Below are positions 1 to 12,437 of a stretch of DNA of 64,000 bases, in pieces. The notes beneath the pieces were generated by a model. The model was not told the DNA's origin. It ran no database searches and saw only the letters and a program-made list of their open reading frames with translations. The position numbers were made by a program, and so were the translations under genes. The first letter of the stretch is position 1, and each line of letters begins with the position of its first letter. The stretch is from Gammaproteobacteria bacterium (lineage in GTDB: Bacteria; Pseudomonadota; Gammaproteobacteria; Eutrophobiales; Eutrophobiaceae), in assembly GCA_965238225.1 (NCBI GenBank), contig OZ250183.1, positions 1,376,001 to 1,440,000 of the forward strand. Reading direction: 5' to 3'.

Positions 1-433
1 TAAAATTACCAATCCGACCACAACCCAATCCTACAGGAACAGCAGGTATGATAAAATCTGTCACATTGAAAATATTGGTGTTTGTTTTTCGAGCAAACCA
101 AGCCATTGCTAGAAAAACACCAATAAGCCCTCCATGAAAAGACATCCCCCCTTGATTGATTTTGAATATATCAATTGGATGATCGAGATAATAAGGCAGA
201 TTGTAAAACAACACCGAACCCAAACGTCCGCCAATAATAATACCCAACATAGCATAAAAAACCATGTCATCAACATGCTTCTGTTTCCATCCTGATAAAG
301 GATTTTTTCTCGCGCGCCAGCGTAATAAGAGCCATGCAGTGACGATGCCAATAACATAAGTAACGCCATACCAATGGATCTTTATTGAACTTAAGGTAAA
401 TGCTACGGGATCAATATCTGGATAATTCAACAT
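1..433 (-). CDS. lgt: Prolipoprotein diacylglyceryl transferase, 5' part (runs off the window edge)
   Basis: Manual translation from ATG at 433: MLNYPDIDPVAFTLSSIKIHWYG...IIGGRLGSVLFYN...GGMSFHGGLIG...GCGRIGNF. These are diagnostic Lgt motifs. The ORF track missed it (its 109..369 ORF is another frame). Confidence 0.95.
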   Translation of the reverse strand, partial: MLNYPDIDPVAFTLSSIKIHWYGVTYVIGIVTAWLLLRWRARKNPLSGWKQKHVDDMVFYAMLGIIIGGRLGSVLFYNLPYYLDHPIDIFKINQGGMSFHGGLIGVFLAMAWFARKTNTNIFNVTDFIIPAVPVGLGCGRIGNF

Positions 434-522
434 AGGATTTGGAGTTTATCCATTATACCTGAACTGGATAATTTAGACTGAAAAAATATTGTTTATATAA
501 GGCAGCTGTTATCATCCTTAGC

Positions 523-2571
523 ATGCCCAAGCAAACTAAGAACAATCTAGCTCACGAGACCAGTCCTTATTTATTGCAACATGCAAATAATCCGGTGAAT
601 TGGTATGCGTGGAATAAAGTTGCCTTAAATAAGGCTAGCAAAGAGGATAAGCCTATCCTCCTGTCAATCGGATATTCTGCCTGCCACTGGTGTCATGTGA
701 TGGCGCATGAATCATTTGAAGACGAAAAAACTGCTCAGATAATGAATACTCATTTCATTAATATTAAAGTCGATAGAGAAGAAAGACCGGATATCGATAA
801 AATATATCAGACGGCACAACAAATCTTGACAGGAAAACCCGGCGGCTGGCCTTTAACGATGTTTCTTACGCCAAAAGGCCATATCCCTTTTTTTGGCGGC
901 ACCTATTTCCCCGTGGAATCAAGATATGGGTTGCCGGGCTTTGCTGGGCTCTTAACAAGAATTTCAGAGTTTTATAAACAAAAAAAAGATTCTATTGCAA
1001 AACAAAATGATTCTTTTTTAACAAGCCTGCACAATGTAAATCAGCAATTAGCGCCAGATAAAACAGCAAAATTAAACCCCGAACCTCTACAGATAGCGAC
1101 ACAACAACTACAGCAAAATTTTGACCTGCAACATGGCGGGTTTGGTGATGCACCCAAATTTCCCCATTCTTCCAATCTTGAGCATTTACTTCGGCAACAC
1201 CTGAAAACAAATTATTTACAGAGTCAGGCTATCAATATGGCGGAACTCACGCTACGCAAAATGGCGCTTGGCGGTCTGTACGATCAGCTTGGCGGTGGCT
1301 TCTATCGCTATAGTGTTGACAAAGAATGGATGATTCCGCATTTTGAAAAGATGCTTTATGACAATGGTCTGTTGCTCACGCTTTATAGTCAGGCCTGGCA
1401 AGTTACAAAAACACCGCTGTTTAAACATATAGCTATTGGCACTGCCGATTGGATTATCAAGGAAATGCAAAGTCCTGAAGGAGGCTATTACTCCAGCCTA
1501 GATGCCGACTCTGAAGGAGTGGAAGGAAAATTTTATATTTGGGAAAAAGAAGAAGTCAGATCCCTGTTAAATACAGAAGAGTTTGAAGCCTTTGCAAAAT
1601 ATTTTGGCTTGGATCAAGTATCTAACTTTGAAGGTAAATGGCACCTTCGCCTCATGCAGGAAACTACTGATACAGGAGTATTAGAACTACTTGAGCAAGC
1701 CAAAGCAAAATTATTATTACAACGGGAAGCACGTGTCCGACCTAGCTGCGATAACAAGATACTGACTTCATGGAATGCGCTCGTGGTAAAAGGCATGGCA
1801 ACCGCAGCCTTTACCTTTAATGATGATAGATATCTCGCATCAACAGAAAATGCTCTGGAATTTATTTATCAAAACCTGTACACGGACGGGAAATTACTTG
1901 CCACATATAGAGAAGGTAAGGCGCATTTAAATGCCTATCTTGATGACTATGCCTTTCTCATTGATGCCATTTTAGCTTATTTACAATGTCGCTGGGATAA
2001 AAAATGGTTGAACATAGCAATTCGTCTGGCAGATGAACTGCTATGTTCATTTGAAGACAAAGAACATGGCGGCTTCTTTTTCACTGCCCATGATCATGAA
2101 AAACTAATCCAAAGAAGCAAGTCTTTTATGGATGATTCACTTCCATCTGGCAATGGGGTAGCAGCCTTGGCCTTTGAAAATTTAGGTCATCTATTAGGTA
2201 ACGCCCGCTATCTACAAGCATCAGAGTCGGCGCTTCGAGCCGCCTGGTTCTCAATTGAGAGATACCCATCCACTCATAATGCCCTCCTGCATGCGTTGGA
2301 AGAAAATATTTCCCCTGCAACAAGAATCGTCATTTTAGGAGAAGAAAATGAAAATACTCAATGGTTAGAGAAATACAGAACATTTCATAACCCATTTAAC
2401 AAGCTCATGTTTCTTCCTAAGAATGTTTCCGAACTTCCTGGAATCCTTAGTAAATACAGAACTGATAAATTGCCTGTTGCCTACATCTGTGCAGGGCATG
2501 CCTGCGCAGAACCTATATTTGATCTTGATTTCATTGGCAAAAGCCTGAACAATCCCCGCACGATAATATAA
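523..2571 (+). CDS. Thioredoxin-domain protein, YyaL/SSP411 (DUF255) family
   Basis: [21 protein letters not shown], [41 protein letters not shown] motifs. Confidence 0.93.
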   Translation: MPKQTKNNLAHETSPYLLQHANNPVNWYAWNKVALNKASKEDKPILLSIGYSACHWCHVMAHESFEDEKTAQIMNTHFINIKVDREERPDIDKIYQTAQQILTGKPGGWPLTMFLTPKGHIPFFGGTYFPVESRYGLPGFAGLLTRISEFYKQKKDSIAKQNDSFLTSLHNVNQQLAPDKTAKLNPEPLQIATQQLQQNFDLQHGGFGDAPKFPHSSNLEHLLRQHLKTNYLQSQAINMAELTLRKMALGGLYDQLGGGFYRYSVDKEWMIPHFEKMLYDNGLLLTLYSQAWQVTKTPLFKHIAIGTADWIIKEMQSPEGGYYSSLDADSEGVEGKFYIWEKEEVRSLLNTEEFEAFAKYFGLDQVSNFEGKWHLRLMQETTDTGVLELLEQAKAKLLLQREARVRPSCDNKILTSWNALVVKGMATAAFTFNDDRYLASTENALEFIYQNLYTDGKLLATYREGKAHLNAYLDDYAFLIDAILAYLQCRWDKKWLNIAIRLADELLCSFEDKEHGGFFFTAHDHEKLIQRSKSFMDDSLPSGNGVAALAFENLGHLLGNARYLQASESALRAAWFSIERYPSTHNALLHALEENISPATRIVILGEENENTQWLEKYRTFHNPFNKLMFLPKNVSELPGILSKYRTDKLPVAYICAGHACAEPIFDLDFIGKSLNNPRTII

Positions 2572-2856
2572 TGTTTTACGGGTAATATGTGTTTTGTTGG
2601 TTGAGACCGTGGCAAAACGTGGTGTTTGGACTGTGGAAAAGCGCCCAGATGTGGCAGCTTGACACAGAAGAGTAATAAAAGTTTCTTCGCAAGCGACATG
2701 TTTGGACTGACTTTGAAATAATCGGCATCTGAAACAGGCCTGACTTAAAGAAAACAATAAATTTTTAACCCGATAATTTGCCATCAAAAACAAATCTTTA
2801 CCATTTTAAATGATTGTTGTTTAATAAATTAAAGTGTATCTGAGAGGTTTTAATTT

Positions 2857-4668
2857 ATGAGTTCTAATTCTAACAATAAAAGGTTACTGACTTGGGTTGA
2901 CGAAATGGCTACCCTCTGTCAACCAGACAATATCGTGTGGTGCGATGGCTCAGACGCAGAGTGGGATGCCATGTGGGACATTCTGGTCAAAAGCAAAACT
3001 GCTAGAAAAATAAATGAAGACAAACGTCCCAATAGCTACCACGTTAATTCGATCCCTGCTGATGTAGCACGTGTTGAAGACCGCACATACATCTGTTCTC
3101 TAAAGGAAGAAGATGCTGGACCTACCAATAACTGGTTTGATCCATCTATGATGCGTGAAAAAATGAACAGTATGTTTGCCCAGTGTATGAAAGGTCGCAC
3201 CATGTATGTCGTTCCTTTCAGTATGGGTCCTGTCGGATCAGACATTGCTCAAATTGGCGTTGAATTATCTGACTCTCCTTATGTTGTCACAAACATGCAC
3301 ATCATGGCTCGCGTAGGTCAGGATGTGCTTGATGTGCTTGGTGAAGATGGTGAATTCGTTCCTTGTATGCATTCTGTTGGTGTGCCTCTGGCTGAAGGTG
3401 AGAAAGATATGCCCTGGCCTTGTAACCCTGACAATCGTTATATCGTTCATTACCCGGAAACCCGCGAGATATGGTCTTTTGGTTCTGGTTATGGGGGTAA
3501 TGCGCTTTTAGGTAAAAAATGTTTTGCGTTGAGGATTGCGTCTACCATGGCGCGTGATGCAGGCTGGATGGCTGAGCACATGCTTATTCTCAAGCTGACA
3601 AGCCCTGAAGGCGTGGTTAAATTCATTGCTGGCGCTTTTCCAAGTGCCTGCGGCAAGACCAACCTAGCCATGCTGACACCGACTATACCAGGATGGAAAG
3701 TGGAAACCATTGGTGATGACATCTGCTGGATGAAGTTTGGTGAAGATGGTCAGCTTTATGCGATCAATCCTGAAGCAGGCTTCTTTGGTGTTGCTCCTGG
3801 TACAAGCATGCATTCAAATGCCAATGCTATGCTGTCTATGGAATCCAATGCCATTTTCACCAACGTCGCCAAAACCGATGATGGTGATGTCTGGTGGGAA
3901 GGAATGACCAAAGAGTTGCCTGCGCACCTCGTTGACTGGAAAGGTAATGACTGGACGCCGGATTCAGACGAACCTTCTTCGCACCCAAATGCTCGCTTCA
4001 CAGCACGCGCAGGTCAATGCCCTGTCATCGCTGATGAATGGGAAGACCCTAAAGGTGTCCCTATAAGTGCAATCTTATTTGGCGGGCGTCGTGCCTCTGT
4101 TGTGCCTTTGGTTGCAGAGGCTCTGGACTGGAATCACGGTACCTTTCTGGGCACCATTATCGCTTCTGAAATGACAGCGGCAGCTTTTGGTGCCATCGGC
4201 AAGTTACGTCGTGACCCTATGGCTATGCTGCCATTTTGTGGCTATAACATGGCTGATTACTGGAATCATTGGCTCGATATGGGTAAGAGAGAAGGCGCCA
4301 AAATGCCGAAGATATACTACGTCAACTGGTTCCGTAAAAATGATGCTGGTAAATTCATGTGGCCTGGTTTCGGCGAAAATAGCCGCGTACTAAAATGGGT
4401 ATTTGAACGTTGTACTGGCACTGCCGATGCTGTTAAAACAGCAATTGGTTACATGCCTACACTGAATAGCATCGATTTTGATGGCTTAGATATGACTAAA
4501 GAAGATATTGCCAATCTGATGCGGGTTGATACTGATGGTTGGTTGTCTGAACTCGCAGGTATAGAAGAATACTATGCAACATTCGGCAATCACCTGCCTA
4601 CAGAACTAAATAGTCAAGTGAAAGCTCTGCGTAAGCGTTTAGAAGATTCGAAACAGGCTGTTGCTTAA
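2857..4668 (+). CDS. pckG: Phosphoenolpyruvate carboxykinase (GTP)
   Basis: [64 protein letters not shown]. Confidence 0.97.
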   Translation: MSSNSNNKRLLTWVDEMATLCQPDNIVWCDGSDAEWDAMWDILVKSKTARKINEDKRPNSYHVNSIPADVARVEDRTYICSLKEEDAGPTNNWFDPSMMREKMNSMFAQCMKGRTMYVVPFSMGPVGSDIAQIGVELSDSPYVVTNMHIMARVGQDVLDVLGEDGEFVPCMHSVGVPLAEGEKDMPWPCNPDNRYIVHYPETREIWSFGSGYGGNALLGKKCFALRIASTMARDAGWMAEHMLILKLTSPEGVVKFIAGAFPSACGKTNLAMLTPTIPGWKVETIGDDICWMKFGEDGQLYAINPEAGFFGVAPGTSMHSNANAMLSMESNAIFTNVAKTDDGDVWWEGMTKELPAHLVDWKGNDWTPDSDEPSSHPNARFTARAGQCPVIADEWEDPKGVPISAILFGGRRASVVPLVAEALDWNHGTFLGTIIASEMTAAAFGAIGKLRRDPMAMLPFCGYNMADYWNHWLDMGKREGAKMPKIYYVNWFRKNDAGKFMWPGFGENSRVLKWVFERCTGTADAVKTAIGYMPTLNSIDFDGLDMTKEDIANLMRVDTDGWLSELAGIEEYYATFGNHLPTELNSQVKALRKRLEDSKQAVA

Positions 4669-4747
4669 TCGTTTCTCGTAAGGCACAGATTAAAATCTGA
4701 AAAACCCGCTAGTGGTGAATAGATGATAAGCAGGCCACTTAACTGTG

Positions 4748-5680
4748 TTATATGTCTCGTGCAAACGCTTCCTTGAATCTGACTTTGAATTCTTCTGTAG
4801 TGAAAAAATGATTCTGTGTACCATGGTTTTCAATTTTTATTGCCCCCATCAGTGAGGCAATTCGTCCTGTGGTTTCCCAATCCATATCATTCATCAGACC
4901 ATATAACAAGCCGGCACGATAAGCATCTCCACAGCCTGTGGGATCTTCAAGTTTTGATGGTGTTGCGACAGGTATTTCATAACATTTTTCCTTTGTATAA
5001 ATTAATGATCCTTCGCCTCCTTTGGTAACGATTAATGCATTTACCGATTCTAAAACATCACGAAGAATTATATCAGTACGATCCTGCATCATCTGCCACT
5101 CATAATCATTGACAGTCACCCACGTTGCCTGATTAAGAAAAGTTTTTAAATCTTCAGATTCAAACATTGCTAGACCTTGGCCTGGATCAAATATAAAAGG
5201 AATATCTGCTTCAGCAAACTGACTAGCATGTTGAATCATGCCATCGCGACCATCAGGAGAGATAATTCCGATATCTATTTCTTTAGTATAAGACACCTTA
5301 TTTTGATGGGAAAAATACATAGCTCCCGGATGAAATGCGGTAATCTGATTATCATCTATATCCGTGATGATAAACGCCTGAGCAGTAAATGATTCCTCTA
5401 TAATTTTTAAATACGTCTGATCAATATTATTTTTCTGCATCCAGTAACGGTACGGATCAAAATCCTTACCTACCGTACCCATAGGCACGGCATTGCCTTC
5501 CAATAGCTTCAGATTAAAAGCAATATTGCCTGCGCAGCCACCAAATTCTCGCCTTATATCTGGCACCATAAAACAAACATTCAGCATATGTACCTTGTCC
5601 GGCAATATATGGCTCTTGAACTTATCAGGAAAGATCATGATATTATCATAGGCAAATGAGCCACAGATAAGCGCTAACAT
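4748..5680 (-). CDS. PfkB-family carbohydrate kinase (adenosine kinase-like)
   Basis: GGCAGNIA, FIFDPGQ, DPTGCGDAYRAG PfkB signature. Confidence 0.9.
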   Translation of the reverse strand: MLALICGSFAYDNIMIFPDKFKSHILPDKVHMLNVCFMVPDIRREFGGCAGNIAFNLKLLEGNAVPMGTVGKDFDPYRYWMQKNNIDQTYLKIIEESFTAQAFIITDIDDNQITAFHPGAMYFSHQNKVSYTKEIDIGIISPDGRDGMIQHASQFAEADIPFIFDPGQGLAMFESEDLKTFLNQATWVTVNDYEWQMMQDRTDIILRDVLESVNALIVTKGGEGSLIYTKEKCYEIPVATPSKLEDPTGCGDAYRAGLLYGLMNDMDWETTGRIASLMGAIKIENHGTQNHFFTTEEFKVRFKEAFARDI

Positions 5681-5710
5681 TAAATATTATTTCTTTAAAT
5701 TATTATTTTT

Positions 5711-6301
5711 TTAGAAAAATACTGCGCGTCCAAACAGAAATTTGTGCGACCATAGGAGCAATATAAAACCGAACATGGCTATACCGATGACAATTGCGTC
5801 TTTATTTGCTGGCATCTTTTCCTGAACATCTTGATCAGTGCTTTCATCATACGTACGTCTATTTGCTAATATGATGGCTGTAACTGAATAAACTACAAAG
5901 CTACCAAACAAAATGAGCGAGACAATATCGCCATTGGTTATCATGTGCATCACACCCCAGATAATAATACCAGTTAACATAGGGTGTGGGACATAATGCT
6001 TAATATTATTCGGCATATAAGCAGAAACCATTAAGACAAACGACACAAAAATTAAAATAACAGAGATATATCGAGAAATTCCTGAAGTCTCCCAAAGACC
6101 AATAAATTCTGTCGAACCTTTACCAACACCAATAAAGATTAATCCAATCAGTGCAACAACGCTGAAAATAATTTTATACATATCTTCAGAATCAATTGTC
6201 TCATTATCTATTTTCTCTATCAGCTGTTTTCTATATTCAGGATAGAAGGGCAGCATGTGTACACCGAAAAATAGCACCAAACCTAATATAAAAAATAACA
6301 T
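5711..6301 (-). CDS. NnrU family membrane protein
   Basis: GLVLFFGVH N-terminus, HPMLTGIIIWGVMH..NGD motif, several TM helices. Confidence 0.85.
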   Translation of the reverse strand: MLFFILGLVLFFGVHMLPFYPEYRKQLIEKIDNETIDSEDMYKIIFSVVALIGLIFIGVGKGSTEFIGLWETSGISRYISVILIFVSFVLMVSAYMPNNIKHYVPHPMLTGIIIWGVMHMITNGDIVSLILFGSFVVYSVTAIILANRRTYDESTDQDVQEKMPANKDAIVIGIAMFGFILLLWSHKFLFGRAVFF

Positions 6302-6318
6302 TTCAACTCTCCTTTTAT

Positions 6319-7533
6319 TTACTTGATATAACTTACACGCCAGATTTTGCCTGCTCCATCGTCACTGATCAAGAGTGATCCATCAGGCATTTGCAATACT
6401 GCCACAGGTCGACCCCACACTTCGACCTTGTCCTCAGCCAACATCCAGCCAGTCAAAAAATCTTCAGGCTCTGATACTGGCTTACCATCTTTAAAAGGCA
6501 CGAAGACAATCTTATAACCAGTACGCTTTGATCGATTCCACGAGCCATGCAAAGCTATAAATGCACCGCCTCGATATTTTTCTGGGAATTGTGTGCCCGT
6601 GTAAAATGTAAAGTCCAGCGAACCGACATGTGCGCCCAACAAAACGCTTGGATAGAGTGTTTGCTTGACTTTGTCCGGTGCAACACCTGTATGACGAGGA
6701 TCTTCATGTGGCCCAATATAAGCATACGGCCAACCATAGAATCCACCTTCTTGTACTTTGGTGAAATAATCCGGCACCAGATCATCTCCTAAACCATCCC
6801 GTTCATGAGATGTAACCCATAATGTTTTCCCAGAAAAGCTATTTGAACTGGCATTTTTCGTATCTGGATACCATTGCAGTCCAATGGGATTTCGAATACC
6901 GGTGGCAACCAGTTCAAAACCTGTTCCATCTGGATTAAAGCGACTCACTGCTGCTCGAATCGGAGGCTCGTCTCGATCAACATTCGAACCTGAACCCACG
7001 GTAAGATAGAGTTTTTGAGCAGTCTCATCAAACAGGATAGAGCGTGTATTATGTCCACTAACATAACGATGTAAAGAGATCACTTCTTCGCCTTTTCTTA
7101 CGCTTCCCTGTTTTAACGGGTATTTGTAACGCTTCACCGAACTGGTCTCAGCGACATATAACCAATCTTTATAGAATGCCATACCATAAGGACGATGTAA
7201 GTGTGTAATTAATGGCAACGCCTTTCTATCGCGTATGACATGGACAATCCCCGCCGACATATCTGAGAGCAGAATTTCATTATCAGAGCCAAGCAACATG
7301 AATCTAGGTCTCAAGAAACCAGATAAATATTCTTCGACAACAAAGCCTCGCGGCACTAAAAGAGACGCTTTTTTCGGTTGCGATATCAATTTGGGTGGAT
7401 TGATTGCAGATTTGGTATGATAAGGTTCTGGGAGGCCTTGCCAATTTACAGGCAATTCAGAGTGCATATCAGCAACACTGAGACGAGTCAAAATCAGTAG
7501 AAGAAAGAAGCAAATGATTATTTTCAATTTCAT
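6319..7533 (-). CDS. Secreted PQQ-dependent sugar/sorbosone dehydrogenase family protein
   Basis: Signal peptide; [39 protein letters not shown]...DGSLLISDD. Confidence 0.88.
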   Translation of the reverse strand: MKLKIIICFFLLLILTRLSVADMHSELPVNWQGLPEPYHTKSAINPPKLISQPKKASLLVPRGFVVEEYLSGFLRPRFMLLGSDNEILLSDMSAGIVHVIRDRKALPLITHLHRPYGMAFYKDWLYVAETSSVKRYKYPLKQGSVRKGEEVISLHRYVSGHNTRSILFDETAQKLYLTVGSGSNVDRDEPPIRAAVSRFNPDGTGFELVATGIRNPIGLQWYPDTKNASSNSFSGKTLWVTSHERDGLGDDLVPDYFTKVQEGGFYGWPYAYIGPHEDPRHTGVAPDKVKQTLYPSVLLGAHVGSLDFTFYTGTQFPEKYRGGAFIALHGSWNRSKRTGYKIVFVPFKDGKPVSEPEDFLTGWMLAEDKVEVWGRPVAVLQMPDGSLLISDDGAGKIWRVSYIK

Positions 7534-10511
7534 GATGTCAGTACTATATCTTTTCCGGCTATTTTGCTTTTGCTTGTTTTTTTCTTACTTGTCTTTTTTT
7601 TATTCTTCGATGTTTTTCTATTTCGTTTCTTTACCAAATTAACACACGCCTTATCATTTCGTTCAAACAAGGGTTTTAAATAATGTCCAGTATATGATCT
7701 TTTGTTAACTGCAACTTCTACAGGCGATCCTACAGCAACAATCTCGCCACCACCATCACCACCTTCCGGGCCTAAGTCAATGATCCAGTCAGCTGTCTTT
7801 ATCACATCCAGATTGTGTTCAATCACCACCACGGTATTCCCATGCTCACGAAGCCGATACAATACCTGCAATAATTGTTCAATATCATGAAAATGTAAAC
7901 CAGTAGTTGGTTCATCCAGTATATACAAAGTCTGACCTGTATCTCTTTTTGATAATTCGCGAGAGAGTTTAATTCGTTGTGCCTCACCGCCAGATAATGT
8001 CGTCGCGTTCTGCCCTAATTTAATGTAGGCAAGTCCTACATCGATAAGCGTCTGCAATTTACGCGCAATCACTGGAACTGGATCAAAAAATACTCTGGCC
8101 TCCTCAACCGTCATATCCAATGTTTGGCGAATATTTTTACCTTTATACAGAACATCCAGCGTTTCTCTATTATAGCGTTGGCCTTGACATATATCACAAG
8201 CCACGTAGATATCTGGTAGAAAATGCATTCCCACTTTAATAACGCCATCGCCTTGACAGGCTTCACAACGTCCACCTTTAACATTAAAGCTGAAGCGCCC
8301 CGGCTTATAACCGCGCGAGCGTGCTTCATGAGTGGCAGAAAATAATTCCCGAATAGGAGTAAAAAGTCCTGTATAAGTTGCTGGATTTGAACGCGGCGTT
8401 CTTCCTATTGAACTTTGATTGATATCGACAACCTTATCAAGCCAATCAAGACCCGTGACAGATTTGAATGGCGCTGGTTCAAGGCTGGATCCATTAATCT
8501 CACGTGCAACAATCTTATACAAGGTTTCGTTAATTAAGGTTGATTTTCCTGAGCCTGAAACACCAGTGACACAAGTCATTAAACCAATGGGTAATTCGAT
8601 GTTTACATCTTTTAAGTTGTTTCCAGTCGCACCTTTTAACTTAAGCACTTTGGCATTGTCAAACGGCGTTGTTTGTGCAGGAATATTAATTTGTCTTGTT
8701 CTTGACAAAAACTGTCCAGTCACTGATTGCTTGCTTTTGATGATATCCTTGGGTAAACCTTGCGCTATAACATTGCCGCCATGTGCTCCAGCACCAATAC
8801 CTATATCAATAACGTGATCTGCTGCAAGAATCGCTTCTTCATCATGCTCAACAACGATTATAGTATTACCCATGTCTCTTAGGTGTTCTAAAGTTGTCAG
8901 CAAGCGTCGATTATCACGCTGATGTAAGCCAATAGAAGGTTCGTCCAATACATACATAACACCGACCAGACCTGCGCCAATCTGGCTCGCCAAGCGAATA
9001 CGTTGCGCCTCTCCTCCTGATAAAGTTTCAGCGCTGCGATTCAAAGTTAAATAATCCAAGCCGACATTAACCAAAAATTGCAAACGAGCAATTACTTCTT
9101 TTAAAATCTTGCCAGCAATCTCAGCACGGTGACCTTCCATCTTTAATTCTAAAAAAAACTTTCTTGCAACATCAACTGGCATTGCAGTGATATCAGGCAG
9201 GATGCAATCATTAACAAAGACATGGCGTGCGGCTACATTTAATCGAGTGCCATGACACGCTGGGCATGATCGGCTATTCATATATTTGGCTAGCTGTTCA
9301 CGTACCATGCCTGATTCAGTTTCATGATAACGACGACGCATGTTTGGGATCACCCCTTCAAAGACATGCCTTTTCTTAATTACACCTTGCCTATCATTTA
9401 AATATTTGAAATTAATTTCTTCATCACCGCTGCCGTAGAGAATAATATCTTGAATTTCATCTGCAAGATCGCAAAAAGGTGTATCTATATGAAATTTATA
9501 GTGGCTGGCTAAAGATTTAATTAATTGAAAATAATAGGCATTGCGTCTATCCCAACCGCGAATTGCACCACCAGGTAAAGTTAGTTGTTTATGCTGAACA
9601 ACACGGGCAGGATCAAAAAATTGTTCAACACCAAGACCATCACAACCAGTACAGGCTCCGGCGGGATTGTTAAATGAGAATATGCGAGGCTCCAGCTCAT
9701 TTAGACTATATCCGCATTGACGACAGGCAAAGCGAGAAGAAAAAATCATCTCCTCTGCGAGCGTTATTTTTGCTTTATGCTCCTGCCTGTTTGAATCTGG
9801 CATAGGCACAACCATGGCAACACCATCCGAAAGACGGATAGCCGTTTCAAATGATTCTGACAAGCGCAGTTTTAGATCAGAATGTACTTTAAAACGATCA
9901 ATCACAGCTTCGATATCGTGTTTCTTGTGTAAATCCAGTTCCGGCACGTCGTCCAATTCTCTCACAATGCCATTGATACGTGCACGCACAAAACCCTCGC
10001 TGCGCAAACGATCAATTAATTGCAAATGTTCTCCCTTACGTCCTTGCACTACAGGCGCGAGCAACATGAAACGTCTGCCTTCTGGCTCTTCTAATACATG
10101 ATCCACCATCTGGCTGATGGTCTGTGCTGCTAAGGGGATATTATGTTTTGGGCAACGCGGCTCACCGACTCTGGCAAACAACAATCTAAGATAGTCATAA
10201 ATCTCTGTAATGGTGCCCACGGTAGAACGCGGATTATACAATGTTGATTTTTGTTCAATAGAAATAGCAGGTGACAGACCTTCAATTAAATCAACATCCG
10301 GTTTTTCCATAATAGACAGAAACTGTCTGGCATAGGTAGAAAGTGACTCGACATAACGACGCTGACCTTCGGCATAAATCGTATCAAATGCCAGAGAAGA
10401 TTTGCCCGAACCTGACAAACCTGTGATAACAATCAGCTTGTCACGAGGGATATCAAGATCAACATTCTTCAGGTTATGCGTACGTACACCGCGTAATCGG
10501 ATTGTGTCCAT
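7530..10511 (-). CDS. uvrA: Excinuclease ABC subunit A
   Basis: GVRTHNLKN, two Walker A motifs ([18 protein letters not shown]), zinc fingers, LSGGEAQR twice. Confidence 0.99.
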   Translation of the reverse strand: MDTIRLRGVRTHNLKNVDLDIPRDKLIVITGLSGSGKSSLAFDTIYAEGQRRYVESLSTYARQFLSIMEKPDVDLIEGLSPAISIEQKSTLYNPRSTVGTITEIYDYLRLLFARVGEPRCPKHNIPLAAQTISQMVDHVLEEPEGRRFMLLAPVVQGRKGEHLQLIDRLRSEGFVRARINGIVRELDDVPELDLHKKHDIEAVIDRFKVHSDLKLRLSESFETAIRLSDGVAMVVPMPDSNRQEHKAKITLAEEMIFSSRFACRQCGYSLNELEPRIFSFNNPAGACTGCDGLGVEQFFDPARVVQHKQLTLPGGAIRGWDRRNAYYFQLIKSLASHYKFHIDTPFCDLADEIQDIILYGSGDEEINFKYLNDRQGVIKKRHVFEGVIPNMRRRYHETESGMVREQLAKYMNSRSCPACHGTRLNVAARHVFVNDCILPDITAMPVDVARKFFLELKMEGHRAEIAGKILKEVIARLQFLVNVGLDYLTLNRSAETLSGGEAQRIRLASQIGAGLVGVMYVLDEPSIGLHQRDNRRLLTTLEHLRDMGNTIIVVEHDEEAILAADHVIDIGIGAGAHGGNVIAQGLPKDIIKSKQSVTGQFLSRTRQINIPAQTTPFDNAKVLKLKGATGNNLKDVNIELPIGLMTCVTGVSGSGKSTLINETLYKIVAREINGSSLEPAPFKSVTGLDWLDKVVDINQSSIGRTPRSNPATYTGLFTPIRELFSATHEARSRGYKPGRFSFNVKGGRCEACQGDGVIKVGMHFLPDIYVACDICQGQRYNRETLDVLYKGKNIRQTLDMTVEEARVFFDPVPVIARKLQTLIDVGLAYIKLGQNATTLSGGEAQRIKLSRELSKRDTGQTLYILDEPTTGLHFHDIEQLLQVLYRLREHGNTVVVIEHNLDVIKTADWIIDLGPEGGDGGGEIVAVGSPVEVAVNKRSYTGHYLKPLFERNDKACVNLVKKRNRKTSKNKKKTSKKKTSKSKIAGKDIVLTS

Positions 10512-10633
10512 GAATGCGTTTTGTCTTCACTGGTATAAACCTCTAAGTATATAACATTGTTTAAAGAAGTCGTTACTGGCAATATGTGCTTTTTTTTAAA
10601 CGCTTGGACTAGATTAAAAGACATAATTAAGGC

Positions 10634-11857
10634 ATGCAACCTAATGAAAAAATGACAGCGATAGAACTTAAGGGAAGCTTAAGTCTGGCGTCTGTCTTGT
10701 TCTTTAGAATGCTGGGGCTGTTTCTGATATTGCCAGTTTTTACCCTCTATGCCAGAACCCTGGCTGAGGCAACACCTATATTAATAGGGCTTGCCTTTGG
10801 CATATACGGGCTCACTCAAGCATCTCTACAAATCCCCTTTGGTATGTTGTCAGATAAGCTTGGCAGAAAACCTATTATCTTTGCTGGCCTATTAATATTC
10901 GCAACAGGTAGTCTGATTGCAAGTTGTGCTGATTCCATCTGGGTAATGATCATAGGGCGTGCATTACAAGGTGCAGGTGCAATTTCTGCCGCACTCATGG
11001 CCTTGGCTGCAGACATCACCCGTGAACAACAAAGAATCAAAGCTATGACCTTGATTGGTATCAGTATTGGTTTTGCATTTTCACTGGCATTTATTGCTGG
11101 CCCATTACTGAGTGCGTCGATTGGTGTTTCCGGGATATTTATGCTTAGTGCAATCTTTTCTGTGTTAGCTATCATCGTGCTTTACTGCCTAGTGCCTACA
11201 CCGAAATCTTCTTCTTTCCACGCTGACACAGAAGTCTCTTTAAAAATGTTGAGAAATATATTAAGGGATCGAAATCTTCTTAGATTAAATATTGGCATCT
11301 TTATCCTGCATACCGTGTTGATGGCTAATTTTATTGTGATACCTATAGCCATGCAAGATTACGCGGGGCTTACATCAGTGCAACATTGGAAGATATATCT
11401 GCCTGTATTACTCGCATCTCTTGTGTTTATGGCACCGGCGATTATGCTGGGAGCGCGCAAAAAAGAATTGCTGGAACTAAGCCATAATAATCACGATATT
11501 GGCATTTATTTCAAGGCAGCCGTGCTCATGCTTGCAGCCTCACAAATAGGTTACTTTTTCTGTCATAATACATTAATAACATTAGCGTTTATGCTGCTTA
11601 TGTTTTTCACAGCTTTCAACTATCTGGAGGCATCATTGCCTTCACTGATTTCAATAATGTCATCAAAAAACAGCAAAGGCACAGCGCTTGGAGTCTATGC
11701 TTCATCTCAGTTCATGGGAACATTTACGGGCGGGCTAATTGGTGGCATGATCCATGAATATTTTGGACTATCTGCGGTATTCATTTTTGGGGCTGCCTTG
11801 GCATTGATTTGGTTTTTGCTGGTCTTGCTGCCAGCAAATGAATCCACAAGAAATTGA
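10634..11857 (+). CDS. MFS transporter (YajR-like)
   Basis: RMLGLFLILPV, LSDKLGRKP motif A, ~12 TM; usual uvrA-MFS-ssb position. Confidence 0.9.
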   Translation: MQPNEKMTAIELKGSLSLASVLFFRMLGLFLILPVFTLYARTLAEATPILIGLAFGIYGLTQASLQIPFGMLSDKLGRKPIIFAGLLIFATGSLIASCADSIWVMIIGRALQGAGAISAALMALAADITREQQRIKAMTLIGISIGFAFSLAFIAGPLLSASIGVSGIFMLSAIFSVLAIIVLYCLVPTPKSSSFHADTEVSLKMLRNILRDRNLLRLNIGIFILHTVLMANFIVIPIAMQDYAGLTSVQHWKIYLPVLLASLVFMAPAIMLGARKKELLELSHNNHDIGIYFKAAVLMLAASQIGYFFCHNTLITLAFMLLMFFTAFNYLEASLPSLISIMSSKNSKGTALGVYASSQFMGTFTGGLIGGMIHEYFGLSAVFIFGAALALIWFLLVLLPANESTRN

Positions 11858-11898
11858 CCCAAAACAAGCAATAATAAAAATTTAAGAGGAAATAAAAA

Positions 11899-12360
11899 AT
11901 GGCCAGAGGCGTAAACAAAGCAATTATTTTAGGATCACTGGGACAGGATCCTGACATCAGATACACTGCTGCCGGCGCGACCGTTGCAAATATAAGTATC
12001 GCAACGAACGAACAATGGAAAGACAAAGAATCTGGGGAAATGCAAGAACGTACTGAGTGGCATCGTGTTGTTTTTTTCGGTCGTCTGGCTGAAATCGTTG
12101 GCGAATATTTGCGCAGGGGTTCTCAGGTTTATGTTGAAGGTCGAATACAGACCAGAAAATGGCAGGACAAAGAAGGGCATGACCGCTATACCACAGAAAT
12201 TGTCGCCAGCGAGATGCAAATGCTGGGCAGTAAAAGTGGTGGGTCAACTGAGAGTTTTGACCAAACACCCAAGGCAGAGCAATCAACATCGACAACATCA
12301 AGCCCTACGGACTCAAGCAATCAATCGAATAATGATTTTGATGATGATATTCCGTTTTAG
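11899..12360 (+). CDS. ssb: Single-stranded DNA-binding protein
   Basis: [25 protein letters not shown]-terminal DFDDDIPF. Confidence 0.99.
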   Translation: MARGVNKAIILGSLGQDPDIRYTAAGATVANISIATNEQWKDKESGEMQERTEWHRVVFFGRLAEIVGEYLRRGSQVYVEGRIQTRKWQDKEGHDRYTTEIVASEMQMLGSKSGGSTESFDQTPKAEQSTSTTSSPTDSSNQSNNDFDDDIPF

Positions 12361-12437
12361 AACCCACTTTACAATAACCATACCTGTCGAGAGTATCCGC
12401 GAAACCAGATAGCTTACATAGTGCCAAGACTGTGCGG

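Noticed and set aside
109-369. 86-aa ORF from the track
   Set aside because: Alternative frame inside lgt, which starts at 433 and runs off the window
10528-10548. LexA box upstream of uvrA
   Set aside because: CTGGTATAAACCTCTA lacks the closing CAG of CTG-N10-CAG; too degenerate to call
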